From the NCBI RefSeq assembly GCF_001194135.2, contig NC_068985.1, forward strand, positions 39,262,315-39,317,745: DNA of 55,431 bases, read 5' to 3'. The notes beneath the pieces were generated by a model, which saw only the letters and a program-made list of their open reading frames with translations, did no database searches and was not told where the DNA came from. Both the position numbers and the translations under genes were made by a program. Below, in pieces: positions 27,020-39,883 of the stretch (the first letter of the stretch is position 1; each line of letters starts with the position of its first letter). Source of the stretch: Octopus bimaculoides. Lineage: Eukaryota.

Positions 27020-27900
27020 CACAAGACCAGTAATTTCGTGGGGAAAAGGTAAGTCGATGCCAGTGATTAACTAGTACATATTTCATAGACCTCAAAAAGA
27101 TAAATTGCAAAGGTGACCTCAGCGGAATTTGAACTCAGAACGTAAAGACAGACGAAATGCCACTAAGTATTTTCCTGATTGTTCCAACCGCCACCTGACT
27201 GCATGTCGATAGTATATTGGTTTCAAATTTTGGAACAAGGCCAGTAATTGGAGTGGAGACGCAAGTCGATTACTTCGAGCCCAGTGATCAACTGGTACTT
27301 ATTTTACCGTCCGCGAAAGGATAAATTACAAAGTCGACCTCAGTGGAATTTGAGCTCAGAACTTAAAGACGGATAAAATGCCGCAAAGCATTTTATCCAG
27401 CGTGCTAATGATTCTGCCGGCTCACCGTCTCATTGTATGTCAATAACATTTCCTTTTCTTTTCCACTCTAGGCACAATGCCCGAAATTTTGGGGGTGGAG
27501 AGCCAGTCGATTAGATCAACCAGTATGCAACTGGTACTTAATTTATCGACCCCGAAAGATGAAAAGCAAAGTCGACCCCGGCGTAATTTGAACTCAGAAC
27601 GTAATGACAGACGAAATACCGCTAAGCATTTTGCCCGGCGTGATAACGTTTCTGCCAGCTCATCCCCTTTAAAATTTATTGGATATTCTTTTCTGCACTA
27701 GGCACAAGGGCCGAAATTTTGGGGGAGGGGGCAGTCGATTAGATCGACCTCAGTACGCAACTGGTACTTAATTTATCGACCTCCGAAAGGATGAAAGGCA
27801 AAGTCGACCTCTGCGTAATTTGAACTCAGAATGTAAAGACAGACGAAATGTCGTAAAACATTTTGCCCAGCGTGCTAACGATTCTGCCAGCTCACCACCT
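27020..27900 (-). mobile_element. Four head-to-tail SINE family A copies (tail-beta type)
   Basis: Units at about 27020-27196, 27225-27430, 27455-27668 and 27686-27900, each with AAAGTCGACC..AATTTGA[A/G]CTCAGAA-like core. Confidence 0.92.
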
Positions 27901-28267
27901 CATTGCATGTCAATAATATATTAATTTGAGCATAAGTATGGCTGCATGATTAAGAAAATAGATTCGCAATAATGAGGTTGCGTGCTCGGTCTCATAGTGT
28001 ACCGTATTGCTGAAGTACATTTCGGCGCGAAACGAATCAGTAGCGGCACAGATTTCGTGAAGGACAGGTTAACGGTCACTGTTATGGTGATGCGTGCTGA
28101 AGAAGCTAAGGTAGATAAATGCCAATGCAGAAACTAGTCCACATGTATGTTAGTTGATTTTGCCTTCGTTTGATTTCTGTAGTAATTACCAGTGAATTTT
28201 TGGCGATTTAATAATGAGTTTTGACTGTTATTTCAAGCAGGTTGACATACTTAGTATGTCCTTTGAT

Positions 28268-28350
<83 letters not shown>

Positions 28351-28789
28351 GTGCATTTTTCGAAGAATTCTTTATGTTGTACAATGTAATAGCCTATAGC
28401 AGTAAAATTTGCATAGTCCTTCTCAAGCACCAGGAAACAGAGAATGTAGTACGAGATATATTATGCCTGAAAATCGCCGAGAGAGTTTTCTAAAAGGTTT
28501 TCATTCAATCTTTACGGGAATCTTCCGTGAAATGGACTTCAAGAATGCAAAATCTTTCTCAAAGTTCATTTGCTCTTCGAAATAGAAAGACGTCAGCAAC
28601 GCTATGTGAGTATAACGTGTAACTTGTACGAAGACAATGTGGAAGTATGCAAAACCTGCACGAGAGGGAGAGAGAAAAAAAGAAAGAACCCTCCTTACGC
28701 CTATGGGCGCAGATGCTCTCGTGATGGTAGGGCTGAGAAATTTGCACCTAAACTATCTGGTTTCAGCATCATTCTTCCTTCGTCTTACC

Positions 28790-28955
28790 TACGTTCTGAG
28801 TTCAAATTGCGTCGAGGTCGACTTTGCTTTTCATCCATTCGGAGTCGATTAAATAAATACCAATTAATCACTGGGGTCTATGCAATCAACTTAATAGCCT
28901 TGTCTGTCCTTGTTTGTCCCCTCTACGTTTAGCCCCCTTGGGCAATAAAGAAAGA
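28790..28955 (+). mobile_element. 5'-truncated SINE family A, tail-alpha (Tx1-like tail)
   Basis: ACGTTCTGAGTTCAAAT...GGTCGACTTTGCTTTTCATCC...TTTGTCCCCTCTACGTTTAGCCCCCTTGGGCAATAAAGAAA. Confidence 0.9.
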
Positions 28956-29063
28956 AATATCTTGGCCTGATTAAATAGATCTTATAAGTGAAATTTGGTA
29001 CATGCAAACTGTAGGAAACCCATTGGAAGAACCGTGATTGACTTGGTGATAGTTTAAGATATA

Positions 29064-30224
29064 TTTCTTTTATTAGCCACACAGGGCTCAACAAAGATGG
29101 GACGAATACAATGTAGAGCTTTTCTTTTTAGGAGGGGGAGGAAAAAAAGTAGGGGTGGGTATCGATCAAAAGGGAAAAAAGGGGGATTTCGATCACAAGG
29201 GACCGAGAGTAAAAAAAAAAAAAANNNNNNNNNNNNNNNNNNNNNNNNNNNNNNNNNNNNNNNNNNNNNNNNNNNNNNNNNNNNNNNNNNNNNNNNNNNN
29301 NNNNNNNNNNNNNNNNNNNNNNNNNNNNNNNNNNNNNNNNNNNNNNNNNNNNNNNNNNNNNNNNNNNNNNNNNNNNNNNNNNNNNNNNNNNNNNNNNNNN
29401 NNNNNNNNNNNNNNNNNNNNNNNNNNNNNNNNNNNNNNNNNNNNNNNNNNNNNNNNNNNNNNNNNNNNNNNNNNNNNNNNNNNNNNNNNNNNNNNNNNNN
29501 NNNNNNNNNNNNNNNNNNNNNNNNNNNNNNNNNNNNNNNNNNNNNNNNNNNNNNNNNNNNNNNNNNNNNNNNNNNNNNNNNNNNNNNNNNNNNNNNNNNN
29601 NNNNNNNNNNNNNNNNNNNNNNNNNNNNNNNNNNNNNNNNNNNNNNNNNNNNNNNNNNNNNNNNNNNNNNNNNNNNNNNNNNNNNNNNNNNNNNNNNNNN
29701 NNNNNNNNNNNNNNNNNNNNNNNNNNNNNNNNNNNNNNNNNNNNNNNNNNNNNNNNNNNNNNNNNNNNNNNNNNNNNNNNNNNNNNNNNNNNNNNNNNNN
29801 NNNNNNNNNNNNNNNNNNNNNNNNNNNNNNNNNNNNNNNNNNNNNNNNNNNNNNNNNNNNNNNNNNNNNNNGGTTTCGTCGCTCCGCCGGCATCTCGGAC
29901 AGGTCGGCCCCGTGTTTCTCGAGCCATGCCTGTAGAGCTTATCCCGAACGGGTAGAGCTTCTCGATAGCACTGCCAGGCCAGAGATCTCTGGAAGTTGTC
30001 CATAGGTCCCGGCCCGAAGGTCGTCTCAAACAGGCGGGTCAGGTATTCCTCGTCGACGCCCAGGTTCGCCCCGAGATCGTCGTCGTACCTTCCCTCCACT
30101 AATCCACTATAGAATGCGTTAGTTGTTATGCAGTCGCTCAAGGTTGACCCGGGTTGTTGGAGTTGCCGGAGAGTAAGTAACGCGACACTCGCGGTGCCAT
30201 TCGCCCTTCCTCGGCCTCTTCTTG
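29064..30224 (-). mobile_element. Tx1-like LINE copy B, 5'-truncated, N-gap inside
   Basis: KKRPRKGEWHRECR...TNAFYSGLVEGRYDDDLG...DNFQRSLAWQCYREALPVRDKLYRHG...CPRC (zinc-knuckle region) plus the family 3' tail. Confidence 0.92.
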
Positions 30225-30249
30225 AGTAGGTAGGTAGATTAATAGACTA

Positions 30250-30470
30250 ACGTTCAGACAGACAGGCAGACAACAGACAGGCAGGCAGGTAAGCAGACAG
30301 AAAAGCAGATAAACTGACTGGCAGTCAGAGAGGCAGGCATACTGAGAGACAACCAAGCAGACAGGCAGACAGGCAGAAAGGCAGTCAGGCAGGCAGGCAG
30401 ACAGAAAGGCAGTCAGGCAGGCAGGCAGACAGGCAGAAAGGCAGTCAGGCAGGCAGGCAGACAGACAGAT
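30250..30470. repeat. (GACA)/(GGCA) compound repeat with a thrice-repeated CAGAAAGGCAGTCAGGCAGGCAGGCAGAC unit
   Basis: Visible. Confidence 0.93.
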
Positions 30471-31569
30471 GTCCCAAAATAATTTTCTTTATTCATTCAG
30501 CTACAACGACACGCCATCTTCGTGTGCATCTCAGTGATTCCATTAAGTACAGTGAGATTATTAACATGGTTCTGGCTCGTACATTAATGACGAAGTTTTG
30601 TTGAGAGTGTCTTGATAAAGCTTGAACATGTCCGAGGTTTGCTCCGTGTTAGCTAAAATCAGACTAATTTAACATCAATTCCAGTGCTGAGGTTTCAGTT
30701 TTTCATCATTGCAAGTATATTTCCAGTGTTAATTAATTAATATTTGGGATTTTTCGAACCAGTTTTTGATTATTTAATTTTTATGGGTTGTCGGACCTCC
30801 CAATCAATGTTTACATATCCTCAATGCAAGGAATGTCTTGATTATTATTTTTTTCTTGTCTTCTGCATTTTGTTAGCGCAGACTTCTCTTTACTGAGGTA
30901 CATATATTTGTTTGTATGGTGTAAGAGAATTGATGAAAAATTATATTATTAGATTAACTGGAAATTAGATTATCTCTAAATTATCTGCTGAATAATTTAG
31001 AGTCAATCTAAAGAGTTCCAAGGGTTTTGAGATGAAATTATTGCAAATGAGGTTGTTTTTGCTGTTTTATCACTTTGCCAAGAATACTGTCGACGTTAAT
31101 GGATTTGTTTCCCATTCCTTATCAGCAAACTTTAAATTTAATGAGAATTGTCGTCAATACGTTTGTTTCAACAATCAGGAAATACTTTGATCGGGTTATC
31201 TAGGATTAGTTCAGATGGTGCCAATATCTTAATGTACAGAGCCTAAAAGATTTTTTAATTACAGTAAAAATGCGTGTACTATGCACTAACATGTATAATA
31301 CACAACCATGCATGACAGTCTACCATAGCAGTAAGAAACTTTAGGGAGATCTAAACAGCAGATCTTCAGAGAACAATGTTAGAACGTTTTTTTTTTGTTT
31401 GTTTGTTTGTTTTTTTGTTCTTTATATAAATGGTTTGGGGGAAAAATTTACAATTGGACATTTATTATACGCATCCTATTCATATCTTTAATAATGGTTG
31501 AGAATTTCGGCACAAAGCCAGCAATTTTGGGGAGTGGGGGGAGACAGGTAAGTATTTCGTCTCTTAACT

Positions 31570-32270
31570 CCTTAAACTCTAAGGAAACCGTGTCACATCC
31601 AAGTCATGACTTGTGGATAGTCGTCTACTGCCTCACTTTGTGCTACTATTTGTGTTTTAAACTACACCTTCCTTGGAGGTCAGATGCTCCACAGCAATTG
31701 TTCGTAGGAACAAATTAGAACTTCACCTTAACTAGATCCAGTTAAAACCCTTTTCAGATGCTTCTGTTAGTGGAATTATAGTTCTCTTCCAATTCTTCCT
31801 CAAAACTGAGAGTCGCTTCATGAGATCGTACGCAGATTTTAATTCAAACCCCCTCACTGTCAACTCCATGGCATGGATGTTGGGTGGAAACCAGATTCTC
31901 TCAAACTGATGGCTAGCACTGACACATTTTTTTCACTCTGGTTCCATCTGGCACAGTGAATTCGATCAGAATCACTTGTTTCGATGAAAGCAGGTTGAGT
32001 ATAATATCCGATCGCGTTCCACTCTTGGTTTCTGAATAAACGTTCCCTTTTTTACTGTCTACTGTGCTTTCCTGGGAATCCTCTCCATCCATCAGATTCC
32101 GCTTCCATGATTCGGCTGGCACAGATTTTCCGAGTTACAATTTGTTTAACCCCTTGCCGTGTAGTACATTGATGGAGCTTCTGATAGCGAGGACATTCCT
32201 TTCTCAAGGCAAATTATACATACGATGTCTTTAACCACTCGATTGTCCCACCATGCGTACCTCCCTTGTT
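31570..32270 (-). mobile_element. HERO-like RLE non-LTR retrotransposon C-terminal relic
   Basis: YAWWDNRVVK, RSDIILNLLSSKQVILIEFTVP and AMELTVRGF...LTEASEKGFNWI resemble HERO motifs YTWRHNQVL, RPDIVL..K.V.LIELTVPWE and PVEVGCRGF...AE.AS.WLW. Confidence 0.8.
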
Positions 32271-32405
32271 CTAGTAAGTGTACATTTCAATTTTGAGATC
32301 TTAAGCTGTCTTTAAATACCCTTACAATACAATACGTAACGCACAGTGATGCACAACTGCCACCCACAAAAGCAAATAATCTATTTTAATTCAATGTACC
32401 AATTA

Positions 32406-32790
32406 GAGTAAAACTTCGTAGTACGAGTGCCCCATTGTACGAGTAATTTGCTGTCCGAGCCCAGACTCGTGCGAATTTTTGTCTTGCAGTACGAGCGAAA
32501 ATCCGCAGTACGAGCACACAAATCGTCCCATCTTTAATGTAATTCAGTTAATAAAACCAGTTCACATATTTCTTTTGAATTCTCTTTTCTACAATTATCA
32601 TTTTACTTGTAACTATACCTTTTCTATTTTAAAGGCCATAAAAAAATCTTTTTGAGTGGTTTTTTGAGGCTGGAACGGATTAATAATACTTTAGTTAATT
32701 ACAATGGGAAAAATTAACTCATAAAACAAGTAAATCGTAAGACGAGCTCGGTCACGGAACAAATTAAACTCGTACTGCAAGGTGTCACTG
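32406..32790. mobile_element. pogo/Tigger-type MITE with TA flanks
   Basis: Right end ACTCGTACTGCAAGGTGTCACTG|TA; decayed left end TA|GAGTAAAACTTCGTAGTACGAGT; internal repeats of GTACGAG. Confidence 0.72.
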
Positions 32791-32858
32791 TATTTTATAT
32801 TAGTTTTGAATGCTTTCCTGTAATAATTCGTATTTTTTTCTTAATATTTGTGCGTAGG

Positions 32859-33075
32859 AAGGCGGTGAGCTGTCAGAAAGGTTAGCACACCGGGCGAAAT
32901 ACTTAGCGGTATTTCGTCTGTCTTTACGTTCTGAGTTCACTTTCCGCCGAGATCGACTTAGCCTTTCATCTTTCGGGGTCGATAGAATTAAGTACCAGTT
33001 GCGTACTGAGTCGTAATCATCGACTGGCCCGCTCCTGAAAAATTTCAGGCCTTGTGCGAAGAGTAGAAATGAATA
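32859..33075 (+). mobile_element. SINE family A, tail-beta
   Basis: AAGGCGGTGAGCTG head through AATTTCAGGCCTTGTGCGAAGAGTAGAAA tail. Confidence 0.92.
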
Positions 33076-33152
33076 TTTGTACGCAGGGAAAAACTTATCC
33101 TTTACAAGTGAACTCTCTTTAGTACACGCATCCTATTGATATCCCCAATAAT

Positions 33153-33365
33153 GGTTTAGATTTTTGTCACAAGACCAGCAAGTTCAGGAGAGTGTTAAGT
33201 TGATTGCATCTACCGCAGTGCTCAACTGGAGCTTATTTTATCGACTCCGAAAGGAAGAAAAGCAAAGACGACTTCGGCAGGACCCGAACTCAGGATGTAA
33301 AGACGGACGAAATGCCGATAACCATTTTGCCCGGTGTGCTAACGATTCTGCCTGCTCACCGCCTT
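33153..33365 (-). mobile_element. SINE family A, tail-beta, inverted relative to the preceding copy
   Basis: Reverse complement of the same head, core and tail. Confidence 0.88.
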
Positions 33366-33709
33366 GTTTAATATGTTGGTTTTGGTGAAAAAATATGCGA
33401 GTATATATGGCGTTCTACTGTAATTTGTTAATAACTTTAATGATTAATTATAACACAGTCAAGAGTGACAACTGCGAATTTTAAATTTACACTAATTAAG
33501 CGCACGCATGCAGCGAGGAGCGTGTATGATACACGGCAGGTACAGATGCGTATTTTACATTGTTAGCATTCTTCTGCGAAACATAGTGCTTACAGGTACT
33601 TACCAAACTTATGATAGCTGGGTACTTTGCCCATTATTCTAAGTTATCATATCAATCAGTGTTCAAACCTTCCTCTAATATATATATATATATATATATA
33701 TATCAAATA

Positions 33710-34378
33710 TAATTAAGATTTCGTTGAATTAGGTACTTAAATTGAGGCACCTTGCTAGGTCGGTATAATCCGCACACCCAAAGAATATTAATTGAATATT
33801 GAATACAAGACTCTGTGCAGGGGTGTCTCTACTTGATATTCCTGCTGTGTGTGCAGACAACGCAACCCACCTGAGTGAAGATATCCGCTCTTGGTAATTC
33901 AGACATGTACTTTTTATAAAGGTACTTTTTATAGTATTTCCGAAGTGCACATTCCAAGTTAGGGGAATAAAATATGAGTAACAAACATGTACAGATGTCA
34001 ATTCATTACGGTCGTTTCAAGCGACACCTTTAATTCTCATTACTGAAAACATTACATCATTCAACATAAAGTGTAGATAACTAGGTCACCACTCCTTTTA
34101 TCCAGACTACTCACCGCCCACTATTTCCTCTGATACTCTCTAAATTATAGAAAACTTGATGAGGAATGCAGTATTTTTTAAATACATTCTGACAATACAG
34201 ATATGACAAAAGAAACAATATAAATATTTTGAGTTCCGTTATTGATGTGAATATGATAAGGAAATTGTTTGAATTTTATGCCGTCATCTTTCAAATGACG
34301 TAATGTTTTCCTTAATCAATTAAAGGAGTCGCTTGAAACGGCTGTAATGAATTAACACCTGTACAATTTGTTGCTCAT
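33710..34378. repeat. Unclassified (TA)n-adjacent repeat with a ~60-bp inverted duplication
   Basis: 33974-34035 is closely similar to the reverse complement of 34318-34378; its start is homologous to 4315. Confidence 0.7.
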
Positions 34379-34410
34379 TTGTGTGTATGTGTGTGTGTGT
34401 GTATGTGTGT

Positions 34411-34797
34411 TCTCTTATTCTTTTACACGTGTCAGTCATTTGACTGCAGCCATGCTGGAGCACCACCCTTTCTCGAAGAAATCGGCCCCAGCCTAGTACC
34501 TATTCAATCGGTCTCTTTGCCGAACCACTAAATTTCGGGGACATAGACACACCAACAGACACACACACATATATATACACACACACACAACGGACTTCTT
34601 TTACACACGCATAAACACACACACACACACACACACACATAAACGTCGGGGTTCTTTCAGTTTCCGTCTACCAAATCCACTTACAAGGCTTTGGTCGGCT
34701 CAAGGCTACAGTAGAAGACGCTTATCCTAGGTGCCACGCAGTGGGACTGAACCCGGAACCATGTGGTTCGGAAGCAATCTTCTTACACACAGCCGTG
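34411..34797 (-). mobile_element. SINE family B (CORE-like) with internal (CA)n
   Basis: Head GGTTCCGGGTTCAGTCCCACTGCGTGGCACC and tail GCTCCAGCATGGCTGCAGTCAAATGACTGAC on the minus strand. Confidence 0.88.
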
Positions 34798-35290
34798 CTT
34801 GTTGGTTCATAAACTTTGGATGTGTTTTCATTCTGCAGACTACTGAACCGCCAACTTTAACCCGAAATACCTTTATAGGGTGTTAAATTCGTTTATATAT
34901 AGATACTACATAAAATTTAGTCCAATAATTTATTTAGATGTCCAGAGTAAACATGCGTTTGTTTGGTGCTCGGATTATGTTGGTGGTGAATTGGCAATAT
35001 CCTTTAAAGTGTCTGACAATATCCCTTGGGGACATTTCGCAGCCTCGTTTCGTTCAATTCTCGTCGAGTTCAACTTTACCTTTCTTCCTTTCAAGGGTAA
35101 TAAAATGAAATATCAGTCAAGTACTGAAGTCGACAGTACCGGCTAAACCTCTCACCTTCTAATCGCGGGCCTTGTGGCTAAAAGAGAAGCCATTACATTA
35201 ACTCCTTAGTGAGATTGCTGCTTTATGATAGGAGAGCGGACTTGAAAGCTCTTCTCAAGTGGAACATATCTTTGCTTTTTTCTTACATAT

Positions 35291-35765
35291 AGGTAAAAAG
35301 CTGTGGTAAAAAGCTAGCTTCCCAATCACATGGATCCGGATTCAGTCCCACTGCGTGGCACCTTGGGCAAGTGTCTTCTACTATAACATCGGGCCGATCA
35401 ATGCCTTGTGAGTGAACTGGGTAGACGGAAACTGAAAGAAACCCGTTGTATATATGTGTATGTGTGTGTGTGTGTGTGTGTGTGCGTGTGTGTGTGTGTG
35501 TGTGTATATGTATTTATATATATATATATATATATACATATGTGTATATTTGTGTGTGTGCGTCTGTGTTTGTTCGCCAGCATCGTTTGGCAACCGATGT
35601 TGGTGTGCTTACGTCCCCGTAACTTAGCGGTTCGGCAAGAAGGATGCGATAGAATAAGTACTAGGCTTACAAAGAATAAATCCTGGGGTCAATTTGTTCG
35701 ACTAAAGGCGGTGCTCCAGCACGGCCGCAGTCAAATGACTGAAACAGGTAAAAGAGTAAAAGAAG
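35291..35765 (+). mobile_element. SINE family B (CORE-like) with internal (TG)/(TA) microsatellite
   Basis: tRNA-like head, GTGGCACCTTGGGCAAGTGTCTTC (CORE-like), internal repeat 35448-35560, tail CAGTC-AAAT-GACTG-AAAC. Confidence 0.92.
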
Positions 35766-35770
35766 ATAGC

Positions 35771-37293
35771 TTTCTTTTATTAGCCACACAGGGCTGCACA
35801 CAGAGGGGACAAATACAACTGTAGAGCTTTTCTTTAAAAAAAAACAAAAGCAAACAGACAAATCCGATCAAAAGGGGGGCAAAAAAAAAAGAAAGGGGGT
35901 ATCGTATATCACAGAAAATGTCAATTGTGTAAAATGGGGTAACATTAGGTTTATCCATGGAGAGATAAGCCTACGGAAAAGACCATGGTAACTTCAGCAG
36001 GGAATAGACACATGAGAGCGAAGTGCTCTCTCTCTCTCTTTTTTTTTTTTTTCTTGATTTATAGGATCATGCTCAAAGAGGTATCGTCACTTGCACGCAC
36101 CATCTTTGCTACATTCACCCACCTTTTAATGAAACTTTCACGAGACAAAAACTGTCTCTATTCTCACCTTCCTTTTCAAGTGATACTTAAAAAAGTTGAT
36201 GAGNNNNNNNNNNNNNNNNNNNNNNNNNNNNNNNNNNNNNNNNNNNNNNNNNNNNNNNNNNNNNNNNNNNNNNNNNNNNNNNNNNNNNNNNNNNNNNNNN
36301 NNNNNNNNNNNNNNNNNNNNNNNNNNNNNNNNNNNNNNNNNNNNNNNNNNNNNNNNNNNNNNNNNNNNNNNNNNNNNNNNNNNNNNNNNNNNNNNNNNNN
36401 NNNNNNNNNNNNNNNNNNNNNNNNNNNNNNNNNNNNNNNNNNNNNNNNNNNNNNNNNNNNNNNNNNNNNNNNNNNNNNNNNNNNNNNNNNNNNNNNNNNN
36501 NNNNNNNNNNNNNNNNNNNNNNNNNNNNNNNNNNNNNNNNNNNNNNNNNNNNNNNNNNNNNNNNNNNNNNNNNNNNNNNNNNNNNNNNNNNNNNNNNNNN
36601 NNNNNNNNNNNNNNNNNNNNNNNNNNNNNNNNNNNNNNNNNNNNNNNNNNNNNNNNNNNNNNNNNNNNNNNNNNNNNNNNNNNNNNNNNNNNNNNNNNNN
36701 NNNNNNNNNNNNNNNNNNNNNNNNNNNNNNNNNNNNNNNNNNNNNNNNNNNNNNNNNNNNNNNNNNNNNNNNNNNNNNNNNNNNNNNNNNNNNNNNNNNN
36801 NNNNNNNNNNNNNNNNNNNNNNNNNNNNNNNNNNNNNNNNNNNNNNNNNNNNNNNNNNNNNNNNNNNNNNNNNNNNNNNNNNNNNNNNNNNNNNNNNNNN
36901 NNNNNNNNNNNNNNNNNNNNNNNNNNNNNNNNNNNNNNNNNNNNNNNNNNNNNNNNNNNNNNNNNNNNNNNNNNNNNNNNNNNNNNNNNNNNNNNNNNNN
37001 NNNNNNNNNNNNNNNNNNNNNNNNNNNNNNNNNNNNNNNNNNNNNNNNNNNNNNNNNNNNNNNNNNNNNNNNNNNNNNNNNNNNNNNNNNNNNNNACCAT
37101 CGGAACGCTTCCCTTCCACAAGAAGCGGAAGAGTATGCGTTCCAGTTTGGTGATGGTAGGGTTGGGACAAGGCACGACAGTCAGACGGTATTCGATGACG
37201 GATGCAATGTTCGCGTTCGCCACCTCCGCCCGACTTTTTAGGGATAGCTTCCTCTCGGCCCATTGCCGGGTGAGAGTGACCACCGTAGTCGTT
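35771..37293 (-). mobile_element. Tx1-like LINE copy C, ~1.5 kb 3' portion, N-gap inside
   Basis: TLTRQWAERKLSLKSRAEVANANIASVIEYRLTVVPCP...LFRFLWKG at one side of the gap; LINFFKYHLKRKVRIE and the 3' tail at the other. Confidence 0.93.
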
Positions 37294-37379
<86 letters not shown>

Positions 37380-37404
37380 TGATTGATTGATTGATAGATA
37401 GATA

Positions 37405-37631
37405 AGGTGGCGAGCTGGCAGAGACGTTAGCACGCCAGGCGAAATGCATAGCGGTATTTCGTCTGACGTTACGTTCTGAGTTCAAATTCCGCCGAGGTCG
37501 ACTTTGCCTTTCATCCTTTCGGGGTCGATAAATTAAGTACCAGTTACGCACTGGGTCTTTGTAATCGATTTAATCCCTTTGTCCTTGTTTGTCCACCCTA
37601 TGTTTCGCCCCTTGGGGGCAATAAAGAAATA
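37405..37631 (+). mobile_element. Full-length SINE family A, tail-alpha, inside a (GATA)n tract
   Basis: GGTGGCGAGCTGGCAGAG head, GCCTTTCATCCTTTCGGGGTCGATAAATTAAGTACCAG core, Tx1-like tail. Confidence 0.95.
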
Positions 37632-37959
37632 AGATAGATAGATAGATAGATAGATGTACAGGCATTCATGACAGCTTTTCTTGTGCTGGTGCGATATTAG
37701 TAATATTTCTTATTCTTATATATATGACAACGAATGAAGTTATTAAATCTAATAAAAACTACTCTTCAGCTATCTTAGATATGGAAGAGAGATATTTTCT
37801 AAGTATTTTGGGGTGGGGTTTTTTTTTGTTCTACTTCTTGTGTGTCCGTCACACCGAAGCAATCATTCGCACACATGTGTTATTATGCGTGCATTTGTGT
37901 GTATATGTGCACACTTTCGTATAGAACTGTGCGTGCACTTGAGTGTTTGTATATATGTG

Positions 37960-38016
37960 TATGTGTGTGTACGTATGTGTATCTATGTAAACGTGTGTGT
38001 GTGTGTGTGTGCGTGT

Positions 38017-38086
<70 letters not shown>

Positions 38087-38252
38087 GCATGTACGTGAGT
38101 GTATACGATAAGAAATAAATGGGTGACAGAAACGAAAAGCATCTACGATGACGTGGCGCTCTTCCGTTGCAAATGGCAAAAACAAAACAAAAATAGGGAA
38201 AAATCACATTTGGAATAACAAGCCACCACCACCACCACCGTCACTATTGCTG

Positions 38253-38291
<39 letters not shown>

Positions 38292-38471
38292 TTCCCGCTT
38301 TTTCCATGCGTCAGTGGCTTTTGTGTGACATGTCACTTGGACAGTGTGACAGCAGTGTGAAGTAGCTGAGGGAGTCTATTCTATTAGTTGCTGATCCGTA
38401 ACAGAACGAACCCACTCTGGGACGTGGAGAAAATTTAGCTTCTCTCTATGCAATTTGCTTCTATTTTCTCT

Positions 38472-38528
<57 letters not shown>

Positions 38529-38745
38529 CCTCTCACCCTCTTCTTTTCGTTCTCTCTTTCTCGCTCCCACATTCTCCGCTCCTCAACACGCTGCATACTT
38601 ACGCACACACACATGTATACATATAAACGTATGTATACATGTGTGTGTTGCATATGCGTATGCGTATGCGTGTACATATAAGTACGTTTAAGTATATGTA
38701 CACACACACACACACACTCATATATATATATATATATTTATATGC
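37960..38745. repeat. (TG)n, (CCA)/(CTA)n, (CT)n and (TA)n microsatellite cluster
   Basis: Visible. Confidence 0.93.
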
Positions 38746-39844
38746 NNNNNNNNNNNNNNNNNNNNNNNNNNNNNNNNNNNNNNNNNNNNNNNNNNNNNNN
38801 NNNNNNNNNNNNNNNNNNNNNNNNNNNNNNNNNNNNNNNNNNNNNNNNNNNNNNNNNNNNNNNNNNNNNNNNNNNNNNNNNNNNNNNNNNNNNNNNNNNN
38901 NNNNNNNNNNNNNNNNNNNNNNNNNNNNNNNNNNNNNNNNNNNNNNNNNNNNNNNNNNNNNNNNNNNNNNNNNNNNNNNNNNNNNNNNNNNNNNNNNNNN
39001 NNNNNNNNNNNNNNNNNNNNNNNNNNNNNNNNNNNNNNNNNNNNNNNNNNNNNNNNNNNNNNNNNNNNNNNNNNNNNNNNNNNNNNNNNNNNNNNNNNNN
39101 NNNNNNNNNNNNNNNNNNNNNNNNNNNNNNNNNNNNNNNNNNNNNNNNNNNNNNNNNNNNNNNNNNNNNNNNNNNNNNNNNNNNNNNNNNNNNNNNNNNN
39201 NNNNNNNNNNNNNNNNNNNNNNNNNNNNNNNNNNNNNNNNNNNNNNNNNNNNNNNNNNNNNNNNNNNNNNNNNNNNNNNNNNNNNNNNNNNNNNNNNNNN
39301 NNNNNNNNNNNNNNNNNNNNNNNNNNNNNNNNNNNNNNNNNNNNNNNNNNNNNNNNNNNNNNNNNNNNNNNNNNNNNNNNNNNNNNNNNNNNNNNNNNNN
39401 NNNNNNNNNNNNNNNNNNNNNNNNNNNNNNNNNNNNNNNNNNNNNNATATATATATATATATATATATATATACAGTATGGGGGGAATGTCGTTTTCGTT
39501 TTATTAATGTTTTTGTCTTTTCACTTTTCGTATTGTAACCAGGATGGAAGATAGTGCGCAAGAACATTTACAAGTTCTCGAAGACAGGATGGTTGAAAGA
39601 AGAAATGAAAGTTTCTTGAAGGCAGAAGTATGGTCCTAAGATTAATTCGGACTCCACTAATGACACCCCAAGGGGACCACACTGTGATGTTAAACCTTGC
39701 AACTGATTGAATCTACCACCTAAGTGCTTTTGAACTGAGAAAGCTAAGTACAAGGGACAAATACTGCAAGACATCCAGTCCGATGATCTAACACTGACGC
39801 CAATCTGGATGCTCTGAATTGACGTTTATTTATTAGCACGTATA

Positions 39845-39845
39845 G

Positions 39846-39883
<38 letters not shown>

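Noticed and set aside
27020-27900. Regularly spaced ~220-bp repeats suggestive of a CRISPR-like or satellite array
   Set aside because: Units are whole SINE copies also dispersed elsewhere; no short repeat-spacer structure and no cas genes.
28399-28720. Protein-like ORFs near a T|GTGAGT donor at ~28606
   Set aside because: No good acceptor within the open frame and no recognisable homology.
39540-39840. GC-richer segment next to (GACA)n, possibly another LINE fragment
   Set aside because: No motif could be matched to any element in the window or from memory.
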